DNA of 25,674 nucleotides, taken from assembly GCA_016839815.1 (NCBI GenBank), contig JAEOTM010000174.1, forward strand, positions 1 to 25,674, read 5' to 3'. A program made the position numbers and the translations under genes. Below, one piece after another: positions 1-7,191 of this stretch. This stretch comes from Candidatus Hodarchaeota archaeon. GTDB taxonomy: Archaea; Asgardarchaeota; Heimdallarchaeia; Hodarchaeales; Hodarchaeaceae. Every line of letters begins with the position of its first letter. Within the stretch, counting starts at the first letter, position 1. The notes under the pieces were generated by a model that saw only the letters and a program-made list of their open reading frames with translations, was not told where the DNA came from and searched no databases.

Positions 1-1
1 A

Positions 2-109
2 GCCCCGATGGTGTAGTTTGGTCTAGCATTGATGGCTGTCAAAGACTTGTCAAGTCTGACAGTCAGCAGATCCCATCCGACTCGGGTTCAAATCCCGATC
101 GGGGCGCCA
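2..109 (+). tRNA. tRNA-Asp(GTC) with 30-nt canonical 37/38 intron (42..71); CCA encoded
   Basis: Acceptor stem GCCCCGA/TCGGGGC, G73 and CCA at 107-109. Anticodon stem GATGG/CCATC with GTC at 38-40. T-loop TTCAAAT. Bulge-helix-bulge (BHB) central helix CTGT(36-39)/GCAG(66-69). Confidence 0.95.
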
Positions 110-118
110 TACTCTTCT

Positions 119-219
119 GGGCGCATAGCTCAGCCAGGTAGAGCGACAGGCTTTTAATGTTTAGTATTCTCTACTCAAAAGAAACCTGTTGGCCGGGGGT
201 TCAAATCCCTCTGCGCCCG
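119..219 (+). tRNA. tRNA-Lys(TTT) with 27-nt canonical 37/38 intron (157..183)
   Basis: Acceptor GGGCGCA/TGCGCCC, D-stem GCTC/GAGC, anticodon stem ACAGG/CCTGT, TTT at 153-155. BHB helix CTTT(151-154)/AAAG(178-181). Confidence 0.95.
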
Positions 220-243
220 TTCTTCCAATAATATCTGAAAAAT

Positions 244-260
244 TACTTTTTCTGATTTTT
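244..260 (+). terminator. Probable oligo-T terminator of the tRNA-Asp/Lys transcript
   Basis: Two T-runs (TACTTTTTCTGATTTTT-like) just downstream of tRNA-Lys, at the junction with the convergent srp54 stop. Confidence 0.4.
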
Positions 261-1620
261 ACATTAAACCCTCAAAGCCTGGGGGAAGTCCACCTGGAGC
301 ACCACCACGTCGACCTCGCATCTTCCTCATAGCCTTAAATTGCTTTGTCATTTGACTAAATTGCTTTAGAAGCTGTTTTACTTCTTGGGGGGAAGTACCT
401 GAACCACGCGCAATTCGTTGTACTCGTTTTCCTTTAATTATTCGTGCATCATCCAGTTCTTCATCAGTCATTGACCCACAGATGGCGAGGAATCGTTTCA
501 TACCTTTTTGACTTTCAGCCTCCAAATCTGGTTGTTGCCCCATCATACTCCCGACTCCAGGAATCTTAGATACCAATTTTCCGATTGAGGATTGTTTACT
601 AGCAGTTTCCATTTGTTTTTGAAAATGTCTCAAGGTAATTTTTCCCTTTTTGAACGCTTCTCGTATTTCTGCGGTATCTTCTTCATCAAACGCCTCATTT
701 ACTCTAGTTATTAATCCTTCTAAATCTCCCATTCCGAGGAGAGACCCCACAAAACGTGTAGGATTAAATTCTTCGAGATCTTGAATGCGTTCCCCATCTC
801 CATAAAAACGAATTACAGCACCAGTAACAGATACTGCAGAAACAGCTCCACCTCCTTTGGCTGATCCATCTAATTTAGTTAAAACAATTGATCCTAAGGG
901 AGTTGCCCGGTTAAAAGCATCCGCTTGTGCTTGTGCTTGTTGCCCAATCGTTGCATCCACGACTAAAATTATTTCAGTAGGATTAGAAACTTTAGCTATA
1001 GATTGCATCTCTTTCAATAATGCTTTTTCTTCTTTATGTCGTCCTGTGGTATCGATAAGTACGAGATTGATATTTTTCTTTTCCTCGAAATGTTTTAATC
1101 CTTTTTTAATTACGTTAATTGCTTTTTTCTCTTTTTCATCGCCATATACTTCAACATTTATTGGAGCCAAATTTTGCTGCAATTGGGCTAGTGCTCCAGG
1201 TCGAAATGTATCTCCACATATAGCTCCGATTTTAAAGCCTCGTTTCTGGAAATAATTGGCTAATTTTCCAATTGCTGTTGTTTTACCAGATCCCTGGATT
1301 CCAATGAGGAGGAGCACTGACTTCTCATTCGGATTTAATCGTAAAGGAGCGTGTTTTTTCCCTAAGAGATACGTTAATTCATCATATATAACCTTCAATG
1401 TGTAATCTCGTCTGCTTAATCCTGGGGGAATATTATCTTTCAATGCTTTATTTCGTACTTCGTCACACATATTCAAAGTAAGGTCTAAATTCACATCTGC
1501 CCCTAATAATGCATTTTCCAGATCTTTCATTAGCTCCTTAATTAATTTTTCATCAACAATTGGTGCGCCTCTTATTTTCATTATTGTTTTGCGCAATGAT
1601 GATCCTAGTGAATCCAACAT
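259..1620 (-). CDS. srp54: Signal recognition particle protein SRP54
   Basis: N domain (ALLGADVN); SRP GTPase motifs GIQGSGKTT, DTFRPGA, DTTGR, TKLDGSAKGGGA; M-domain RIARGSGT; SD-like GAGGT upstream of the ATG. Confidence 0.97.
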   Translation of the reverse strand: MLDSLGSSLRKTIMKIRGAPIVDEKLIKELMKDLENALLGADVNLDLTLNMCDEVRNKALKDNIPPGLSRRDYTLKVIYDELTYLLGKKHAPLRLNPNEKSVLLLIGIQGSGKTTAIGKLANYFQKRGFKIGAICGDTFRPGALAQLQQNLAPINVEVYGDEKEKKAINVIKKGLKHFEEKKNINLVLIDTTGRHKEEKALLKEMQSIAKVSNPTEIILVVDATIGQQAQAQADAFNRATPLGSIVLTKLDGSAKGGGAVSAVSVTGAVIRFYGDGERIQDLEEFNPTRFVGSLLGMGDLEGLITRVNEAFDEEDTAEIREAFKKGKITLRHFQKQMETASKQSSIGKLVSKIPGVGSMMGQQPDLEAESQKGMKRFLAICGSMTDEELDDARIIKGKRVQRIARGSGTSPQEVKQLLKQFSQMTKQFKAMRKMRGRRGGAPGGLPPGFEGLM

Positions 1621-1786
1621 GTTGTGTACCTCTTATTCTAGACGTTTGTGGATTTCTCAAATATTTTTTTTGGTGAGTTGTACCTGAAGGCAGATAAGAA
1701 ATCATCACAAATAGGTCAATTGCACTCTTGTAATCAATTTAATCTTAATAATGACTACCTACTTACGAAAAAGAATATTGATTCTT

Positions 1787-2329
1787 TCAGCTTGTCTGTT
1801 CTTGATCAAGAATATGATGTAGAATGGTTATTGTTTGAGATGTTAGATATTCATTCAGGCCTATTGATATCATCTTTAAAGAAGATAAGATCTCCTCGTA
1901 CTCTATTGGATATCCTAATTGGTCCCCTATAATAAATGACTGATTATTGGCGATAGTTTCTGTGTTTACCTTTCCGTGTATGTCTAACATAACTGGATTG
2001 TATTTAGTAATTAATTCTTCTAAAGCTCCATCATAGTAACGTATTCCCGGGAATGGGAGTCCTTGAAATACCCGTTTTAGAATTCCTGCAATTGCTCTCT
2101 CGTCAGGATTGATCCCTCTGACAGTTTTTCCATCGATATACAGAATACTGTTATTTAGTGTAAAATAGATATAAAGATGTACATTCCTTCTAAAATCATT
2201 CGAAAGAAGAAACGCAGAGGAAATGCTTCTACACAGTACATCCAAGCGTCCAAAGCTAGTTAAAGAATTAATGGAAAGCGTTTTGGACGTATCCACTGTA
2301 TTGGAAGTGATTATGAATATCCGATCCAT
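1787..2329 (-). CDS. trmY: tRNA (pseudouridine54-N1)-methyltransferase, SPOUT family
   Basis: GRLDVLCRSISSAFLLSNDFRRNV, PDERAIAG, FIIGDQLG and ISIG..YLTSQTITILHHILD match TrmY. Start placed at MDRIF (2329); the ORF extends to an ATG at 2362. Confidence 0.88.
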   Translation of the reverse strand: MDRIFIITSNTVDTSKTLSINSLTSFGRLDVLCRSISSAFLLSNDFRRNVHLYIYFTLNNSILYIDGKTVRGINPDERAIAGILKRVFQGLPFPGIRYYDGALEELITKYNPVMLDIHGKVNTETIANNQSFIIGDQLGYPIEYEEILSSLKMISIGLNEYLTSQTITILHHILDQEQTS

Positions 2330-2548
2330 TTTTAGTTCTACCTTTGGATATGTATGCTTCATTTGGTCATATCTTATAGAGTAGCAATATATTCTTCGGA
2401 TGACCTAGAAATACTCGAAAGAAATAATTGCTGTTCTTTAATATGCTTGATTCGTTGAAACGTCTTAGTGCAAGCTTTTCAAACCTTTAAACTTGAGGAA
2501 ATTTCACGGAAAATGGATTTCCTCACTATAAGAAGAAGGACAACAATA

Positions 2549-3904
2549 ATGGAATCTCAACTTTTTACGACAATTTTATCATTCCTTGGGAAAAAACATG
2601 TATGCAATTCATGTTTGGGAAGACAGTTTGGTAACCTATTGACGGGATTATCCAATGCAGATCGTGGTTCAGCCTTAAAGATATTTCTAACAATGGAATG
2701 GGAAATTCAACATCGTCAAGCAAAGGCTGGACTTACTGAAATTTCTTCTCTTATTTCAAAAGATTTTACTGTTGGTGAACTATCAGTACAGCGCTATTTC
2801 CCTGATATCGAATCAAATATTCTTCCGTGTCAAATTTGTCAAGATTTTCTATCAATTCCTTTTCTTGAAAGCTTGGCCAAGGAAGCCCGTGATTTAGCTA
2901 GTGAATATGAATTTTCTACGTTCTTAGTTGGATCTATTTTCCCCCCAAATGTAATAGATAATGAAGATATCATTCGAAGTAGCTTTAACCTTGAATATGG
3001 AGAATCTATCAAATCTGATTTCAATCGTGAGTTAGGAAAAATTCTTTCGAAACTTCTACCTGAAGCTACTGTTGAATTCAAAGCTCCCGATCTTGTTTTT
3101 ACCTTTAATCTTATTCATAATGAAATAGATATCAAGAGTAATCCTCTATTTATCCTAGGGAGGTATAAGAAGCTAGAAAGAGGAATTCCTCAATCAAAAT
3201 GGTTCTGTCGAAAATGTAGAGGAGTGGGATGTAATCATTGCAATTTTACAGGAAAAATGTACCAAGAATCGGTTGAGGAATATACTACTACACCGTTCTT
3301 TGAAGCAGCAAAAGGAATTTCAAGCAAATTTCATGGTTCAGGTAGGGAAGATATTGACGCTCGTATGCTAGGAACAGGAAGGCCATTTGTTATTGAAATT
3401 TCAGAACCCAAGATTAGGAATCTTAATTTCTCTCAGATAGCCAAACAAATATCTGAAAATTCAAAAGCAAAAGTAGAAGTTACAATTGATGGACTAACAA
3501 ATCGTACTAAGGTACGGGAAATTAAAACTCGTTCGAGTAGAAACGCAAAAGCATACAGAGCCGTTATTTCTTTGGACAAATCTTTACCAGATGACCTTTC
3601 ATTCCTTGAAACAGTAGCTAACGAGCTGACAGACATATTGATTCAACAACGTACCCCACTAAGAGTTGCTCATCGACGAGCTGATAAAATTCGAATCCGT
3701 AAAGTCTCCTCTTTCAAGGTGGAAGAAGTAACGAAGAACGAAATTACGGTGTATATAATCTGTGAAGGAGGATTATATGTCAAAGAATTGATTAGTGGTG
3801 ATCAAGGCAGAACACAGCCAAGTTTTTCCGAAAAACTGGGCATCCCTGCTTTGGTTAGAGAATTAGACGTGATTGAGGTATTTAAGAGTACCGATCCAAT
3901 TTAA
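2549..3904 (+). CDS. pus10: tRNA pseudouridine(54/55) synthase Pus10
   Basis: CNSCLGRQFG...CQIC Zn site, GRYKKLERGIPQSKW, CRKCRGVGCNHC, catalytic HGSGREDIDARMLGTGRPF, QRTPLRVAHRR, GGLYVKELISGD. Start chosen at ATG 2549 after AGAAGGA; the ORF track begins at 2468. Confidence 0.96.
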   Translation: MESQLFTTILSFLGKKHVCNSCLGRQFGNLLTGLSNADRGSALKIFLTMEWEIQHRQAKAGLTEISSLISKDFTVGELSVQRYFPDIESNILPCQICQDFLSIPFLESLAKEARDLASEYEFSTFLVGSIFPPNVIDNEDIIRSSFNLEYGESIKSDFNRELGKILSKLLPEATVEFKAPDLVFTFNLIHNEIDIKSNPLFILGRYKKLERGIPQSKWFCRKCRGVGCNHCNFTGKMYQESVEEYTTTPFFEAAKGISSKFHGSGREDIDARMLGTGRPFVIEISEPKIRNLNFSQIAKQISENSKAKVEVTIDGLTNRTKVREIKTRSSRNAKAYRAVISLDKSLPDDLSFLETVANELTDILIQQRTPLRVAHRRADKIRIRKVSSFKVEEVTKNEITVYIICEGGLYVKELISGDQGRTQPSFSEKLGIPALVRELDVIEVFKSTDPI

Positions 3905-4160
3905 GCTGAAATTCATAGAAATATGGCCTCGATTGTTGGAAGCTATTCTTACTGTAATAATTTGGCAACATTTCTAATTTATTCTTCAAGGATTGATTTA
4001 ATTCAAATTTAAACATAATAAGACACCCTCATTTTAGGATCACGTTTAACCCAGTTGTATTAGAAAGTCAAAAATAGTCTTATGAAACTCCTTCCTTTAG
4101 TCTTTAAAGCCTATAAGAGTACTTCAATGTAAGTTGATTGCATAGGAATGCTCAGAAAAA

Positions 4161-4469
4161 TTGGGGCATACCAAGATGGTCAGAAAATCAAAGGGTACTA
4201 ACTTTCGCACACGAAGAATCTTTTCGAAACACCCACGAAAAAGAGGTTTGCCATCATTATCCCGTTCTTTAGCGGAATATGAAATAAATTCCAAAGTTAA
4301 TATCGTCATTGAACCTAGCGTCCAAAAAAGTCGTCCCCATAGACGATTTCATGGTAAAACGGGAGTTGTCTTAGAAAAACGTGGTCAATCTTATGTTGTA
4401 CGTGTTACAGATGGAAAAAGTTATAAGAAAATCATAACACGCCCAGAGCACTTGAAGGCCCAGCACTGA
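4161..4469 (+). CDS. rpl21e: 50S ribosomal protein L21e (eL21)
   Basis: SKG...RTR, PHRRFHGKTGVV, KKIITRPEHLK. The start is TTG 4161 or ATG 4176 (MVRKSKG). Confidence 0.96.
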   Translation: MGHTKMVRKSKGTNFRTRRIFSKHPRKRGLPSLSRSLAEYEINSKVNIVIEPSVQKSRPHRRFHGKTGVVLEKRGQSYVVRVTDGKSYKKIITRPEHLKAQH

Positions 4470-4510
4470 TCTTGATATAGAAATTAGGTTATTTTTGGAG
4501 ATCTATAAAG

Positions 4511-4912
4511 TTGGTACGTAAGGTTAAAGAAGAAAAACCTATCCCGTTAGGGCAAGTATATGAATTCCTTCAAATGAGAGAAGAATCAGGCATTAATTAT
4601 GTCCAGCGTGTGACTGCACAACATGCAGAGAATCTTTCGAGAAAGGCGGCTTATTCGGAGGAAGTCTTGGAAATGTTACAGTCTGAATTCAAATTATCAA
4701 GATTAATAGCGGTACAAATTGTAAACCTAAATCCTAAAACAGCAACAGATGTGAAGGCCGTAACAAGAGAGCGATTAACAGATGATCAAGTCGAACGTCT
4801 TTTAGAACGGTATTCTGAATATGTTTTACAAGTTCAAGCCTCTGCGGAAGAGAGCGCAAGCGAGGAAGATGAAGAACCCACGGAAATTGATGAAACCTAT
4901 GAAGACCTATAG
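4511..4912 (+). CDS. rpo4: DNA-directed RNA polymerase subunit Rpo4 (F)
   Basis: KPIPLGQVYEFL, NYVQRVTAQHAE, IAVQIVNLNPKT match the RpoF pattern; canonical position after rpl21e; TTG start. Confidence 0.85.
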   Translation: MVRKVKEEKPIPLGQVYEFLQMREESGINYVQRVTAQHAENLSRKAAYSEEVLEMLQSEFKLSRLIAVQIVNLNPKTATDVKAVTRERLTDDQVERLLERYSEYVLQVQASAEESASEEDEEPTEIDETYEDL

Positions 4913-4927
4913 ATTTCGATAATTATC

Positions 4928-4950
4928 CTTTTTTTCTGCTTCTTTTTTCT
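4928..4950 (+). terminator. Probable oligo-T terminator of rpl21e-rpo4
   Basis: T8 and T6 runs about 16-38 nt after the rpo4 stop. Confidence 0.5.
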
Positions 4951-5058
4951 ATTAGATTATCTCTGATACAGTAAAGTATCCGAGCTCTTTTATTTAATTA
5001 AGAATACTTAATCTTCATTCTAATGAAGATATCTCCGAAATTTATTTGATCTTAAACC

Positions 5059-5073
5059 AGAAAAATTTAAATC
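5059..5073 (+). promoter_or_regulatory. Possible BRE/TATA promoter for tRNA-Pro
   Basis: AGAAAAA followed by TTTAAAT about 65 nt upstream of the tRNA. Confidence 0.35.
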
Positions 5074-5137
5074 CTTTAGGTAATTAGACTGAAATAAGGA
5101 AAACTCATTAAACAATGTTGAATCGATAAATTGAAAA

Positions 5138-5275
5138 AGGGACGTGGTCTAGATTGGTTTTAATTGTATTTCTTGTAAATACTTTGACCAAATGATTCTT
5201 GGTTCGGGACCAAGAGGCCGGGGGTTCAAATTGAGACAAGCGGAAGGCTATTTCATGAAATTCCCTCCGTCCCTA
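5138..5275 (+). tRNA. tRNA-Pro(CGG) with two non-canonical introns: D-loop (~5162..5191) and T-loop 59/60 (5231..5261)
   Basis: Acceptor AGGGACG/CGTCCCT plus A73. Anticodon stem CTTGG/CCAAG with CGG at 5205-5207. T-stem GGGGG/CCCTC. T-loop BHB helix TTCA/TGAA with outer helix TGAGA/TTTCA. D-loop insert pairs GGTT/GACC. Confidence 0.9.
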
Positions 5276-5311
5276 TTCTTCTACTCTAATCCAGAATTGA
5301 GATGAAAACGA

Positions 5312-5845
5312 CTGAAATCAATCCCTAAATACTCGCAATGTTTAGCACTTCTCTTCCAGTTTTCAGTCCCAAATAGGGTGATTACACATCTTTTCCTTAC
5401 CACTCGATCAGCTATGGATATTACTCGGAAACTAAAGGCAAAAAGAATTGCTATAGACTGTGATTTGGTTTTAGCTGGAGCGATGCTTCATGATATTGGA
5501 CGTTCACGGTCCCATAAGCTTGATCACGGAATAATTGGAGGTAATCTCTTAAGAAATAAAAATTTTCCAAAAAAATTGATTACTATAGTAGAGAATCATA
5601 TTTTTGCTGGGATTTCGAAAGAGGAAACCAAAGAGTTCGCTCTCCCTTACCAAGATTTTCTACCAAAAACATTGGAAGAGAAAGTAGTTGCTTATGCTGA
5701 TAATATCTCAAAAAACTATAAGAGGTTGACTACTGACCAAATCATAAAACGATACACTCGTCATTTAGACGAAACCCATCCAGTTATCCAACGAGTAAGG
5801 TCTCTGCACAACGAAATTGAGTCACTTCTTGCCACCTCAGAATAA
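5312..5845 (+). CDS. HD-domain (HDIG) phosphohydrolase, TIGR00295-like
   Basis: AGAMLHDIGRS, HGIIGG, VENHIFAGI, FLPKTLEEKVVAYADN. The frame is open upstream of the tracked GTG 5378 to 5306 and encodes SIPKYSQCLALL..VPNRVITH, a family-like N-terminus. The start is uncertain. Confidence 0.8.
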   Translation: MKSIPKYSQCLALLFQFSVPNRVITHLFLTTRSAMDITRKLKAKRIAIDCDLVLAGAMLHDIGRSRSHKLDHGIIGGNLLRNKNFPKKLITIVENHIFAGISKEETKEFALPYQDFLPKTLEEKVVAYADNISKNYKRLTTDQIIKRYTRHLDETHPVIQRVRSLHNEIESLLATSE

Positions 5846-5856
5846 ATGGGATAATA

Positions 5857-6855
5857 ATGTCTTATCAACATACTCTAAAGGAGTTTTTAAACTGGTTAAG
5901 GCAGAATGACAACTCGATTATCTTAGCAATGCATGAACAGGCTGATCCTGATGCCGTTGGATCTGCAATCGCATTAATCCACATTATAAAGATCCTTAAT
6001 CCACAAATTGAGGTATATGTATTTAATCCAATCCTCAGTCGTCTAAGTAAACAATTACTCTTACATCTTGCAACGGAATTCACCGTATATTCTGAAAATC
6101 CTGAAGAAGATACTCTCACTCCACTCATCATTCTTGATAATCCTACTATCCCAGAGATACTCAACCAAGCAGATAGGAAGATCATTTTAATTGATCATCA
6201 TGTCAACCAAGAAATTTCCTTAGAATTATTGTTTGATCTCAGAACACAGAAGGTTACTTCGACTGCTGAGATTATTCTTCAACTTTCACGTATCGGAAAT
6301 ATCCCTCTAAATGCAATTAGTATTAAAGCTCTTCTTGCAGGGATAATCTTTGATACACGGCGATTTCTATACGCAAATAGTAGTTTATTTGATAATGTAA
6401 CATACCTAATGCGAGCTTTTCCTGAAGCTTACAACGAGATCTTACCTCTTTTTACATCTACAAAGTCTATTGCTGAACGTATAGCATGTATCAAAGCAGC
6501 ACAACGAATGAAACGAGTGGAACTAGCTACTTTTCAGATAATATTTTCCCATGTAAGTTCCTTTGAAGCTGCCGCAGCCAGATCACTGATTTTCCTTGGG
6601 GGTGATCTAGTAATTGTTGTATCAAGACAATCAGATCATACTCGAATTAGTTTTCGCGCCTCCTCTGACTTTATAACAGAAACAAGCATCTCCTTGGGAC
6701 GTGATATCATTCCTCTTCTCATTAACGAGTATGGTGGAACTGGCGGAGGTCATGATGGAGCCGCAGGATATAATGTTTCAATCAATATGAATTTAAAAGA
6801 GATTAATGACTTCCTCTTATTAACTCTTACAAAATTTCTTTGTAAAGAAGCATAA
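5857..6855 (+). CDS. DHH/DHHA1 family phosphoesterase (NrnA-like)
   Basis: HEQADPDAVGS, IDHH, STAEII, AGIIFDT, C-terminal GGTGGGHDGAAG. Confidence 0.9.
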   Translation: MSYQHTLKEFLNWLRQNDNSIILAMHEQADPDAVGSAIALIHIIKILNPQIEVYVFNPILSRLSKQLLLHLATEFTVYSENPEEDTLTPLIILDNPTIPEILNQADRKIILIDHHVNQEISLELLFDLRTQKVTSTAEIILQLSRIGNIPLNAISIKALLAGIIFDTRRFLYANSSLFDNVTYLMRAFPEAYNEILPLFTSTKSIAERIACIKAAQRMKRVELATFQIIFSHVSSFEAAAARSLIFLGGDLVIVVSRQSDHTRISFRASSDFITETSISLGRDIIPLLINEYGGTGGGHDGAAGYNVSINMNLKEINDFLLLTLTKFLCKEA

Positions 6856-6882
6856 CACCAGAAGTTTTAGAATTAGGAGATT

Positions 6883-7191
6883 TTAACGCAACCACTCTTT
6901 CCGAAGTAAGCTAAATTCATCTTTAGAGATTTCAAATTTATCATAGTTATTTTCTTTTACGGCAATTTTAATTGCAATGCTATGTTTACATTGAAAGAAC
7001 GGATCTTCATAAAGACCTTTCTGAAAAGCATAACATCTACACCAAACGGGCATTGTTAGATTCAAATAATCACGTGCATTTCCAACAACTACCCAGCGTG
7101 TACTTTTATCATCAATTACATACTTTTTTACAGATTTGTTTTCAACAAGTTTTTTAGCGGCTTTCAGTCTTTTAGAAAACGAAACAGACAC
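6883..7191 (-). CDS. Small stand-alone SWIM zinc-finger protein
   Basis: WVVVGNARDY then WCRC-x14-CKH (CxC-xn-CxH SWIM signature). The GTG start directly abuts the upstream stop codon. Confidence 0.85.
   Translation of the reverse strand: MSVSFSKRLKAAKKLVENKSVKKYVIDDKSTRWVVVGNARDYLNLTMPVWCRCYAFQKGLYEDPFFQCKHSIAIKIAVKENNYDKFEISKDEFSLLRKEWLR

Noticed and set aside
857-1255. 132-aa antisense ORF with an ACACAC stretch, and similar shadow ORFs within pus10, atpA, psd, ahcY, NOG1, mutL, mutS and moxR
   Set aside because: All lie within well-supported genes on the other strand or frame; ACACAC is simply the antisense of SRP54 QAQAQA.
1648-1932. 94-aa plus-strand ORF
   Set aside because: Overlaps the trmY 3' end in antisense, has no motif, and looks like translated AT-rich intergenic DNA.
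3905-4160. 256-bp spacer between pus10 and rpl21e as a possible ncRNA or small gene
   Set aside because: AT-rich with no convincing stems, box C/D motifs or credible ORF; most likely terminator plus promoter.
5297-5305. TTG-AGA-TGA in frame with the HD gene, as possible selenocysteine readthrough
   Set aside because: The TGA lies upstream of the conserved region, not at a Cys-equivalent site, and I recognised no SECIS-like hairpin.
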